From assembly GCA_002309215.1 (NCBI GenBank), contig DBXG01000006.1:1-44549 (forward strand): a stretch of DNA of 44,549 nucleotides. The letters run 5' to 3'. Of this stretch, positions 34,129-42,661 are shown piece by piece (position 1 is the first letter of the stretch; the number at the start of each line of letters is the position of its first letter). Origin of the DNA: Alphaproteobacteria bacterium UBA1218. Lineage in GTDB: Bacteria > Pseudomonadota > Alphaproteobacteria > Rs-D84. The notes below the pieces were generated by a model, which worked only from the letters and a program-made list of their open reading frames with translations, did not search any database and was not told the DNA's origin. The position numbers and the translations under genes were made by a program.

Positions 34129-34884
34129 TTATTTTATTTTGCCGGTAAATGCTTTTAATATTATTGCGGCCTTTCTATCGTTTGGGTGCAATTCCATGTA
34201 TCCACGAATGATTGGTGGTGCGATTTTTTTATATTTTTTCAATTTTTCGGGGCTTGTTAAACTGAAAGTCAGATGGTGAAAATGATTGGGCGAATCTTTT
34301 GACATATTCTGAATTATTTTTCTGTCTGTTCTGTCTATTGGGGTTATTAACTTCCATTTTTCAGCATGCATTTTATCAATAATTCTTTTGCGGTGTGCCA
34401 AAACAAGCGTTGGCGCAAGTCCGATTATTGTTCCCTCTAATAATATCAACCAATTTAATGTTGTGTTTTTATCCAAATTCAGCGGTTGCATGATACAATT
34501 CCATGCGTTCAGCATTTGGGTATCATGTGTCACAGGGTGTTGTTCTATATATTCCTGAGCTGCCATGGTTGCAATATTTTTGTTGTTTGTTCCTTGGAAT
34601 ACTTTTTTGTATTCTTGTGCTGCTTCTTCTGCAATCTTTTCGCTATTTTCAATAACAGAAATCCCAAATGTCATAAAAAATATAAACATGCATAACGGAA
34701 ACCATGATGCAATAGTTGCGTATGTTTTAGGCATAAAATGTGGAATATATTTTTCGTATCTTGTTCGACGTTCGTCCTCTTGGTGCCATGTGCGTTTCTT
34801 TTCGGTATCTGTGGGAAGCAGGGCAGAACGCAACTTTTTACCAAGTCTATGCATTTTATCGTGAAAAGTTCGTTTTTTGCTCAT
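34129..34884 (-). CDS. Hypothetical membrane protein (251 aa, about 2 TM)
   Basis: It has a basic N-terminus and hydrophobic helices (IASWFPLCMFIFFMTFGISVI and WLILLEGTIIGLAPTLVLA). A TTGACA-16-TATTCT promoter lies upstream. I recognised no family. Confidence 0.6.
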   Translation of the reverse strand: MSKKRTFHDKMHRLGKKLRSALLPTDTEKKRTWHQEDERRTRYEKYIPHFMPKTYATIASWFPLCMFIFFMTFGISVIENSEKIAEEAAQEYKKVFQGTNNKNIATMAAQEYIEQHPVTHDTQMLNAWNCIMQPLNLDKNTTLNWLILLEGTIIGLAPTLVLAHRKRIIDKMHAEKWKLITPIDRTDRKIIQNMSKDSPNHFHHLTFSLTSPEKLKKYKKIAPPIIRGYMELHPNDRKAAIILKAFTGKIK

Positions 34885-34912
34885 AGCCAGACCTTTGGGC
34901 TGTATATAGTTC

Positions 34913-34940
34913 AGAATAGAATAAAAAATTGCCTTGTCAA
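34913..34940 (-). promoter_or_regulatory. Sigma70-type promoter for the 34884 gene
   Basis: On the minus strand: TTGACA (plus 34935-34940), a 16-nt spacer, then TATTCT (plus 34913-34918). An AAAGG SD precedes the ATG. Confidence 0.4.
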
Positions 34941-34954
34941 GTTGGTGGTAGTGG

Positions 34955-34984
34955 AAAAATAACAGGCGGTATTTATATACCGCC
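34955..34984 (-). terminator. Terminator of the lipoprotein gene
   Basis: An 8-bp stem ggcggtat (34965-34972) / ataccgcc (34977-34984) is followed on the minus strand by TGTTATTTTT. Confidence 0.7.
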
Positions 34985-35005
34985 GTGTTTATATGTGCGC
35001 AAATC

Positions 35006-35539
35006 TTATATTTGATTTTGATTTGCTTCTACAATCTTGCATATGCATTCGCTAGCAGGACGTGTTTTTTCCCAATCTACAGTATATTGTTTCTTATCTG
35101 TACTTGCAGATTTGCAAATCTTTTGGCAAGCCTCTAATTCCAATTCAGCCTGTTCTTTCTGTTTGTGCGGAATAATATCTTGACCGTTGCATAAACAAGC
35201 GTCTTTATCAAATTCGTATTTTGATGGCATATATTTACACTGATTACCTTGTTTAATGAATGCGCCACCACAAGCATCAAAACATTTCATCGCATATTTT
35301 TGTTTGTCTGCATCAGAAGAGTATTTTTCTGCTTCGGCATTACGTACTTCCTTTAATGCATCTCTAAGGCATATTCTGTCAAAGCTGCTTGATATCTTAT
35401 CGTTTGTAAAATCTGTAGATAAAATGATTTTTGCTTTTTCTTCTTGTTGATCGTCCATTGTTGCGCAACCTGTCGCCATTAAAACGATAGTTGCACCCAA
35501 AGCAACCATATTTTCGATTTTGTATTTAATATTTTGCAT
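35006..35539 (-). CDS. Cysteine-rich lipoprotein, unknown function
   Basis: The lipobox is LMATG-C in MVALGATIVLMATGCATMDD. The mature part has many Cys (CFDAC, CKYM...CLC, CQKIC, CIC). Confidence 0.7.
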   Translation of the reverse strand: MQNIKYKIENMVALGATIVLMATGCATMDDQQEEKAKIILSTDFTNDKISSSFDRICLRDALKEVRNAEAEKYSSDADKQKYAMKCFDACGGAFIKQGNQCKYMPSKYEFDKDACLCNGQDIIPHKQKEQAELELEACQKICKSASTDKKQYTVDWEKTRPASECICKIVEANQNQI

Positions 35540-35577
35540 AGTTCAACCTTTTATTAAAAACGCTTTTGACAAAACAT

Positions 35578-35605
35578 AACGTAGTATATTTTGGCCGGTT
35601 GTCAA
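35578..35605 (-). promoter_or_regulatory. Sigma70-type promoter for the lipoprotein gene
   Basis: On the minus strand: TTGACA (plus 35600-35605), a 16-nt spacer, then TACGTT (plus 35578-35583). Confidence 0.35.
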
Positions 35606-35640
35606 GTTTTTTTCATGATTTCGTCATAAAATGGCGGGTT

Positions 35641-36372
35641 TTACCTGTGCAAATGTAATAAATTACACAAAAATGCGATAATTTTGTTATTCTGTGCAGA
35701 TTTTTTTTGTACAAGTGGTTTGATTTCTTTCTGTGCGGGTAAGGCAGGCATAGGTTTGATGTGTTGCGGCAATTCCTTGTCTGCTATGATAGTATTGTTT
35801 GCATCATAGACAATTTCATGGTTTCTGCCATTATTATCTGTTGTGATTTCGTGCCTTTCAACAATAACAGCTTTTGTTTCTGTCTCTGATTTATTGTGTT
35901 TAGGGTTCAGTTTCCTTTCCAATATAACCTTGTATTTTTCGTTCCTGACAATTTCGGTTATTTCACCTTTGTCAGAATACTTTAGTTCCTTTTGACCAAT
36001 GACTTTACCGTTTTCGTATACCAAACAGCCAACATATCTGCCAAGTTTATCAAATTTAGAATGGGAAACAATTTGGTGTTTCGTGTCCATTACTACTTCG
36101 TGTCTGAATCCGGAAGAATCAATATCTGTTTCAATATGATGCGACATTTTGCCGTCTGTATATATTTTCCCTTTTATCAAATAGCCCATAACAGAATATT
36201 GTTTATCAGATACGATTTGGTTTTTATCATTATAAACAATTTCCCTGTAATAACCATTGGTTTGTTTTATGGTTTTTTTACGACCAATGAAAACATTGTT
36301 CTGATACAGGTTTTCGATAATCAATTTTTCTGTTTTTTCCAGTTGATAATCATCAGATTCAGAATTAAACAT
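35641..36372 (-). CDS. Repeat protein (MORN/YwqK-like beta-hairpin repeats, tentative), unknown function
   Basis: Four copies of a G-x-x-H/R-E-I/V-V-x-x-x-x-x-x-I/V unit are present (NGYYREIVYNDKNQIV, SGFRHEVVMDTKHQIV, KGEITEIVRNEKYKVI, NGRNHEIVYDANNTII). They alternate with G-x-x-x-G-K-V/I-Y units. There is no signal peptide. Confidence 0.55.
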   Translation of the reverse strand: MFNSESDDYQLEKTEKLIIENLYQNNVFIGRKKTIKQTNGYYREIVYNDKNQIVSDKQYSVMGYLIKGKIYTDGKMSHHIETDIDSSGFRHEVVMDTKHQIVSHSKFDKLGRYVGCLVYENGKVIGQKELKYSDKGEITEIVRNEKYKVILERKLNPKHNKSETETKAVIVERHEITTDNNGRNHEIVYDANNTIIADKELPQHIKPMPALPAQKEIKPLVQKKSAQNNKIIAFLCNLLHLHR

Positions 36373-36402
36373 TAAACACCTTTAGTAATCTAATACACGA
36401 AT

Positions 36403-36430
36403 AACATACCAAAAAACACCATGGTGTCAA
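36403..36430 (-). promoter_or_regulatory. Sigma70-type promoter for the 36372 gene
   Basis: On the minus strand: TTGACA (plus 36425-36430), a 16-nt spacer ending in TGg, then TATGTT (plus 36403-36408). An AAAGGTG SD follows. Confidence 0.5.
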
Positions 36431-36468
36431 ATTATTTTATACAGCAGGGTACGTTGATAATTATGGTT

Positions 36469-37140
36469 TTATTTTTCATGTTTGCGATCTTTTTTGCCAT
36501 TGTTTTTTGTAGCGGCCAAATATTGTTTTGGAAATCTGCGGTCCCAATTTACACCTTGTTTAACAACGCGTGCTGGATTTCCAGCCAATACGCAGTTTGG
36601 ATTTGGGAATTTCCCTGCGACCACACTACGAGTGCCAACAATACAATTATCTGCAATTTCTGTGTTCTTGCAGATTGTCGCATTTTCGCCCAGCCACACA
36701 TGGTTTCCTATTTTTATGTATTTACCGATATTTGTGACCTCTCCGTTTTCATTTATGATGGTATGCATATCAGTTGGCCAAAATCTTTCATTTATTGAAA
36801 ACATGCAATCATCACCAATAGTGACAGTTGTTCCATCATCATGTAATTTCATGGCCAGTCCGCCCATAGAACAATTTTTTCCAATATGTATTGTACAATT
36901 ATCTACTGGTGCATCTGTTCGTCCCAAGATAATAGTTGCATAACATGGATATATACTATCTTCTTGGATAACTGTATTATTATTTCCATGAATTCGTACA
37001 ATCACAGGTGAATCTTTCGGGACAGATATCTTGTTTCCGATGCCGTCGTTTAACAATTTTGGTTTATAACTGAATATCATCATACCGAACATATAGTATC
37101 TGACATGACTATCGCTATAAATCTTTTTTATCAGTTTCAT
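36469..37140 (-). CDS. Hexapeptide-repeat (left-handed beta-helix) O-acetyltransferase
   Basis: The hexapeptide run IGNHVWLGENATICKNTEIADNCIVGTRSVVAGKFPNPNCVLAGNPARVV is typical of maltose/galactoside-type sugar acetyltransferases. The ATG at 37140 overlaps the upstream TGA (ATGA). Confidence 0.8.
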   Translation of the reverse strand: MKLIKKIYSDSHVRYYMFGMMIFSYKPKLLNDGIGNKISVPKDSPVIVRIHGNNNTVIQEDSIYPCYATIILGRTDAPVDNCTIHIGKNCSMGGLAMKLHDDGTTVTIGDDCMFSINERFWPTDMHTIINENGEVTNIGKYIKIGNHVWLGENATICKNTEIADNCIVGTRSVVAGKFPNPNCVLAGNPARVVKQGVNWDRRFPKQYLAATKNNGKKDRKHEK

Positions 37141-38114
37141 TTTTGACAACCCTTTATTTTTATTCCGAACAATGTTATGACAAGTTTGGAATTAATATGT
37201 TTCACAGAAAAAAGTTGTTTTACAAGATATTTAATCAAATATTTTGTAAAATAACGTTGTTGATTTACAGACTTCAATACTGTATACACCGTTCGTATTG
37301 TTTTTGGTTTAGAAATCGAATTAAATAATTTTTTGATATTTCTTTTGGTAAAGTCTGGGAATGTATCCAGCAGATTATATTTATAAAATAATTCCAATAA
37401 CCCCAAGGCATAGTACCAGTCTGCATTTGTTTTATATGTATTAACAGACACGCTATCGGCGTTATATACATAATATCTGTACCATGGCTGATTAAATAAA
37501 CGCATATGAAAATCCTTGCATTTCAATACGCGGGATACGTTTATCACAGCCTCTGGATAATATGTTAAATTATCATGAACAATCGGTGGCAAAACAGATT
37601 TTGCATATTCTGTTCTGAACAACCATGGCGCGTTCAAAGTGTTTATTTTATCAGCATCACAAAAGTATTCCAAATATTTATCTTTATCAAAATCTATATA
37701 TTTTCCATCGATACGTGGGAATATATTATCATGTTGATCAATGAAACAGCCACCAATACAGGAATAATTTTTTGGTACGCGCAGGGATAATTTATGTAAA
37801 TCATCAATCGTTGCAGATGAATACAGTTCATCGTCAGAATCCAGTTCCAAAGACCATTTCCCAGACGCAATTTTATAAGCGGTACGCGTAGCAATATGTT
37901 TTCCACCATGTTTTATTTTTTTATAAATAATTGGAAAGTCAGTTATTTTAATAAACTTTGACACAATATCTGACGTGTTGTCATCTGACCCATCATCAAC
38001 AATAATCCATTCAAAATTTTTGTTCGTCTGATTCATCAAAGAATTAAAGGCGATATGCAATTTGTTTGCCCGATTATAAGTTGGTGTAATGATTGATAAA
38101 AACAAAGATTTCAT
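37137..38114 (-). CDS. Family 2 glycosyltransferase
   Basis: It has LSIITPTYNRANKL...NFEWIIVDDGSDDNT and LDSDDEL (DxD). The start codon abuts the upstream stop (TAAATG). Confidence 0.85.
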   Translation of the reverse strand: MKSLFLSIITPTYNRANKLHIAFNSLMNQTNKNFEWIIVDDGSDDNTSDIVSKFIKITDFPIIYKKIKHGGKHIATRTAYKIASGKWSLELDSDDELYSSATIDDLHKLSLRVPKNYSCIGGCFIDQHDNIFPRIDGKYIDFDKDKYLEYFCDADKINTLNAPWLFRTEYAKSVLPPIVHDNLTYYPEAVINVSRVLKCKDFHMRLFNQPWYRYYVYNADSVSVNTYKTNADWYYALGLLELFYKYNLLDTFPDFTKRNIKKLFNSISKPKTIRTVYTVLKSVNQQRYFTKYLIKYLVKQLFSVKHINSKLVITLFGIKIKGCQK

Positions 38115-39275
38115 TTATTTTGTCTCCGATATCAAATTGATAATTTCATTTGCAATTATTTGTGGGCTAAATCTGTCCAAAGATTTTAATGCAACCGTCG
38201 TCATGTTTTTTATTTTGACTCGTTTATTATATACGTCACTTAAAGCATAGGCCAGTTCGTCAGTGTCCCCAGGTTGAAATAAAATCCCTGCGCGTCCGTC
38301 CAGCAAAATTTCGTGTGGACCATTTGGACAATTGGATGATATGTTTAATGTATTCGCCGCCATTGCTTCAATTAAAACAGTTGGCAAGCCTTCATTATAA
38401 CTAGACAATATATGCGCCATTGAACCAGCCATATAGCCAAAAGGATTTTGTTTGTTGCCTGTGAATATTATTTGTTCCGCAGATTGTAATGTTTTTGCAA
38501 GATTCTGAAAATCTTGTGCTTTTGCGCCACTGCCCACAATATACAATTTAACATCAGGACGATTTTCTTTTTGCCAAAACTTATCAAAAGCAAATAATAG
38601 AGTTTTTATATCTTTGTCAGAATCTAAACGTGAAACACATGAAAAATATTTGCCGTTTGGAATATCTGCAGATTTAAGTTTTTTCTGCATTTCTTTCAAA
38701 TCTATCGGATTATATATGCGTACGGCTTTGTTTGCGTATGTTGGATAGGTTTTGATGAATTCGCGCAGAAAACTATCGCTGATTGTGACAATTTTATCGT
38801 ATTGCGACAGTCCCGATATAAAATTATTTTCACGAAAATAATTCATCGAACAATGTGCCCATGTCAATTTCATTGGGCCAGATATATGTTTTATCAGTTT
38901 AGAAGAATATCCGCTGATATAGTCAATCAAAGCATCGAAATGCTTTGTATGCACACGTGGCGCCATAATAAAATTGCGATACTTTCTGTATATTCCAAAC
39001 CCAATTCTTTTCAGCAATCTGCGTATTGGTTTTTTGTGGTCTTGTTTATCGAAAAAACGTGCCCAAGGATAATAAATAACAACATTTATTTGTGGATGTT
39101 GTTCAAGCCACTTTATATACACAGGTTCAATAATTGTTCGATGCGAATACAAAGTTATTTCAACATTTTTGCTTGCCAGCAGGGCGTTAATAGTATTCAT
39201 CAACACAGTGCCAACGCCACCAACGCGCAAATCATACATAAAAAAAGCGATTTTCAGTTTTTGCTGTTTTTTCAT
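38115..39275 (-). CDS. Family 4 (GT-B, GT1-type) glycosyltransferase
   Basis: It has the N-terminal KIAFFMYDLRVGGVGTV and the C-terminal EGLPTVLIEAMA (E-x7-E). I place the start at MKKQQKLKIAFF (ATG 39275). Confidence 0.85.
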   Translation of the reverse strand: MKKQQKLKIAFFMYDLRVGGVGTVLMNTINALLASKNVEITLYSHRTIIEPVYIKWLEQHPQINVVIYYPWARFFDKQDHKKPIRRLLKRIGFGIYRKYRNFIMAPRVHTKHFDALIDYISGYSSKLIKHISGPMKLTWAHCSMNYFRENNFISGLSQYDKIVTISDSFLREFIKTYPTYANKAVRIYNPIDLKEMQKKLKSADIPNGKYFSCVSRLDSDKDIKTLLFAFDKFWQKENRPDVKLYIVGSGAKAQDFQNLAKTLQSAEQIIFTGNKQNPFGYMAGSMAHILSSYNEGLPTVLIEAMAANTLNISSNCPNGPHEILLDGRAGILFQPGDTDELAYALSDVYNKRVKIKNMTTVALKSLDRFSPQIIANEIINLISETK

Positions 39276-39362
39276 CAAATAATTTTTCAACCTTTTTGAT
39301 GATGCAAGTATTCTATAAAACACCGGCTATTTCAATACATTTTTACCAAATACAAAATATCG

Positions 39363-40010
39363 TTATAAAGACCCGTCAGTTGGGTTGCATGCAATCAGCC
39401 AAGCAGGAGGTTCATGTACAGTGAATTTATTACCGTCCCATTGAAATTTGATATATTCTGCATTTGGAATACCGTTGCGTGGATATGTGAAATTTGTAAA
39501 CTGTTTTATCAAACTTTTTATAAATCCACCATGTGTTGCAATTCCAATTGTTTTGGCGTCATTATTTTTTGTGATTTTCATCATTGTATCATATACGCGT
39601 TTTGCAAGCATATTATAACTTTCACCATTTTCAGGTACAAAATCATCGCTGGTTAACAAAGCCAAAGGAACATATACAATGTCTGTGCTGTAATCAATCG
39701 GGGTATCAGGAGATGCTTCGTTCATACGTACGATTTTTCCACTAAATGCACCAAGGTTTCTTTCTTTTAACCCGTCTTCAAGTATAATTTTTGTTGGTGA
39801 TTTTTCACAAACAATTTGTGCGGTTTTCAATACGCGTGATAATGGCGAAGAATAAATACAATCAAATTTTACATTAGATAATTTTTTTGCCAGTTCATAT
39901 GCCTGGGCAATTCCGTTGCCGTTCAGTGGAATATCCAGCCAACCTTGAACCCGCTTTTCAACGTTATAATCTGTTTCGCCATGTCTGAAAAAATAAAAAT
40001 CCCTCTTCAT
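39363..40010 (-). CDS. Histidine phosphatase (phosphoglycerate-mutase superfamily)
   Basis: It has the FRHGETDYN catalytic motif and a downstream IATHGGF motif. Confidence 0.8.
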   Translation of the reverse strand: MKRDFYFFRHGETDYNVEKRVQGWLDIPLNGNGIAQAYELAKKLSNVKFDCIYSSPLSRVLKTAQIVCEKSPTKIILEDGLKERNLGAFSGKIVRMNEASPDTPIDYSTDIVYVPLALLTSDDFVPENGESYNMLAKRVYDTMMKITKNNDAKTIGIATHGGFIKSLIKQFTNFTYPRNGIPNAEYIKFQWDGNKFTVHEPPAWLIACNPTDGSL

Positions 40011-40036
40011 GATATAACCCTTTTGCGCGTTTTTAT

Positions 40037-42106
40037 TTATATCGTTTTTTCTTTGTTTTTCAAGTGTTTTCTTGTGACTGTTCGTGCAAGTTTTAACATG
40101 GCTTGTTTGATTTTTGTAGCACGTGTTGCATGTTGGAATTTTGTAATATTCACGTGTTTATCGATATCCTGTAATGCAACTTGCATGGCATCTTCGCCTT
40201 CATTACACCTGATATCTGGTTTTAATCCGTGCAATTCATAACGATCGTGTCCTAATTCTTTATCTAAATCGCGATAATGTGTTCCAACCCTGATAACGGC
40301 GTTGCTATGTGGTAAATATATTTCTGATGACATATCCCCAAAAACCTCTGTTCCACCAGAATTATCACCGACAAAACGCACCATAGGGTGATGTCGCATA
40401 GCCAATATAAATCTTTCTGCACTGGAAGCTGTTCTTTTGTCTATCAAAATATAAATGGGTTTCATATATGCTTTGTCTTTGTTTATTGGGACAATTCCTT
40501 TGCTTGGTTGATACAATTGTGGTTCTTCTGAATCGGGTAAGTGAAGAACTTCTTTTATTTCTTTTAGTTTTTTTATTGGGGTGATTTTGTTTGCTTCCGG
40601 AGTTGTTCGAACGAATTCACGTATTGTTGGATAATTTATGACGCCACCACACAAGTAGGAGGCAAAATTATCTGTTGGACCAGAGTTGCCACCACGGTTG
40701 CCACGTAAATCAATAATCAAAGCGTTCGATTCTGGTAAAAAATCTTTACCCCAAACATTTAATCTATTTAATAAACGTTTTTCTTTTGATTCTAATTTAT
40801 TAAAATTTAGTGTATTAGCTGCGACAATCGCCAAACCATTACTTTTTGTTCTGGTAACAAAAACAAATGGGTTATTAGCGATGTTTTCACCAAAAAAAGG
40901 CTGTCTGAATCTGTTTCGTGTATTTACTATGCATAAATGATTGTCAGGAATTAAATTTGGTATTTGTTTTATTTTGTTTTGTAGTTCCTTTATGCTCATT
41001 TCTTGTGCGTTGTCATAAAGGTCTTTCAACAAATCTAACACTGCGATTTGTGTGGTTGGATGATGGTACGGCCAACCAACATAACCACGTATTAATATTC
41101 TTGCAAGTGTTGAAATGTCCTTTCTTATTTCTTGCTTGGATAATATTGTATTTACGTTTTGTCTAGTCTTTGGTGTTTTTGTAATTAAATCGTCGATTGA
41201 GGAATTTTTTAACAAATATTCTTCGGTTTTATCCATGTTGTTATATAATTCCAGATATCTGGCAAGTGACATTTGGCGTAATATTTTATGGTTTGTATCT
41301 ACGTTTAGTAGTTTGGCATAGTCGCCTATGGGGGCAAAATAGCATGTTTGTTTTTGACCATCTGCAGTTTCTAAAGCTATGACGATTCGATTTAATGGTT
41401 CTATGACGTGATTTTCGTTGTCTTTTTGTTCAATGACTGCGACACGCATTTGTTTTGCGATTTCTGGTTTTTGCTTTATCATTTCATCACAGAAAATGTA
41501 GAATTGCCTTTTACTGCGTACGGTAAATTTCAACATTTTATCAATTTCTGAGATGATGTTCTGTGTTTTTTTGCTGCGCTCAGAAGCCATTTTTGTGAAT
41601 TTATTAAAATCATATAAGCGTTCATCTTTCCAATCAACCAGTGCCATTATTTTATATTCAGGATATCCGTCCATGCCAGGCAAAATGTGTTTGATTTTGC
41701 TATCTACAACAATTGGTGTATCAATCATGGGAATTTTTGGACGTCTGAATTGTGGGTCAATCGCATAGTAATTACCATCAGCCATTTTTACACATGGCAG
41801 GGTATGGGTAGCATAAGAATCAATCAAATGGTCTGGGTGTGTGCTGACCATTATTTTGATATCTAACTGGTCGTTCCTTGGTAACAAAGAATTTTCATAA
41901 ACAAATACTTTGGCCCAGTGACCACATGAAAAAGCGTGTTGCGCGTCATGTATTTCTTTACCAGTTATTGCAAATAATTTGTCGTTATAATCCCCATTAT
42001 GTTTGTTCAACATTTCTTGCTCAGATTTGTTGGATTTATAATTGTGCAAAATATTCAAAATCTTTTTTATTGTTTCTATGCGTTCTGCATCTGTTTTTTT
42101 CTGCAT
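40037..42106 (-). CDS. Large protein (689 aa) with a C-terminal S41 (tail-specific/Ctp-like) peptidase domain and a possible N-terminal transglutaminase-like Cys-protease core
   Basis: S41-like motifs: LIIDLRGNRGGNSG and YILIDKRTASSAERF. The N-terminal part has FSCGHWAKVF ... THTLPCVKMADGNYYAIDP, a Cys...His...Asp spacing like the transglutaminase core. I saw no signal peptide. Confidence 0.7.
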   Translation of the reverse strand: MQKKTDAERIETIKKILNILHNYKSNKSEQEMLNKHNGDYNDKLFAITGKEIHDAQHAFSCGHWAKVFVYENSLLPRNDQLDIKIMVSTHPDHLIDSYATHTLPCVKMADGNYYAIDPQFRRPKIPMIDTPIVVDSKIKHILPGMDGYPEYKIMALVDWKDERLYDFNKFTKMASERSKKTQNIISEIDKMLKFTVRSKRQFYIFCDEMIKQKPEIAKQMRVAVIEQKDNENHVIEPLNRIVIALETADGQKQTCYFAPIGDYAKLLNVDTNHKILRQMSLARYLELYNNMDKTEEYLLKNSSIDDLITKTPKTRQNVNTILSKQEIRKDISTLARILIRGYVGWPYHHPTTQIAVLDLLKDLYDNAQEMSIKELQNKIKQIPNLIPDNHLCIVNTRNRFRQPFFGENIANNPFVFVTRTKSNGLAIVAANTLNFNKLESKEKRLLNRLNVWGKDFLPESNALIIDLRGNRGGNSGPTDNFASYLCGGVINYPTIREFVRTTPEANKITPIKKLKEIKEVLHLPDSEEPQLYQPSKGIVPINKDKAYMKPIYILIDKRTASSAERFILAMRHHPMVRFVGDNSGGTEVFGDMSSEIYLPHSNAVIRVGTHYRDLDKELGHDRYELHGLKPDIRCNEGEDAMQVALQDIDKHVNITKFQHATRATKIKQAMLKLARTVTRKHLKNKEKTI

Positions 42107-42128
42107 AATTTATCCTTTGTTTCTTGTA

Positions 42129-42137
42129 ATTATACCA
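42129..42137 (-). promoter_or_regulatory. Extended -10 promoter (TGGTATAAT on the minus strand) for the 42106 gene and probably the downstream minus-strand genes
   Basis: The plus-strand attatacca at 42129-42137 reads TGgTATAAT on the minus strand. A leader of about 16 nt carries the SD AAAGGA. Confidence 0.45.
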
Positions 42138-42396
42138 AAAAATGCGATAAAAATGAATAATTATATGCCCACAATACGATTCGTTTTGGGGCTGTGAATA
42201 TATGTAATAATAGGAAAATTTTACCGCATTTTATTCCTGGTGTGATATTGAATTTTTGCCTAGTTTTTGGGGGAGTTTTACCATTCAATCGCATTCAATA
42301 TCCCCATTTTATAAATCTGATTTCTAAAAACGGTATAAAGTAAATTTCCTAAACAGGAATATAATGAATGATGTCGCAACACAAAGGAGTAAAAAA

Positions 42397-42624
42397 ATGA
42401 CACATCAAGATATATGGCAAGCAATTGATAATTTCGCTTTGCAACAACAAATGTCCTGCTCGGGTCTGGCAAAGTTTTCTGGGTTAGACGCAACAACATT
42501 TAATAAAAGCAAGCGCTGGTCAAAATATGGTCAACCCAGATGGCCATCCACAGGAAGTATCGCAAAGATATTGAATTCCACAGGAAAAACTTTGGAGGAC
42601 TTTATAAAATGCGTTTGCGAATAA
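42397..42624 (+). CDS. Small HTH DNA-binding protein resembling the N-terminal domain of alphaproteobacterial S24/LexA-like repressors, without the peptidase domain
   Basis: The ATG at 42397 follows the SD AAGGAG. The sequence MTHQDIWQAIDNFALQQQMSCSGLAKFSGLDATTFNKSKRW...RWPSTGSIAKIL matches my recollection of that repressor family's N-terminus. It stops after 75 aa. Confidence 0.6.
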   Translation: MTHQDIWQAIDNFALQQQMSCSGLAKFSGLDATTFNKSKRWSKYGQPRWPSTGSIAKILNSTGKTLEDFIKCVCE

Positions 42625-42661
42625 AGATTTTTATTTACAAACAGATTTATATGGCTAAGAT

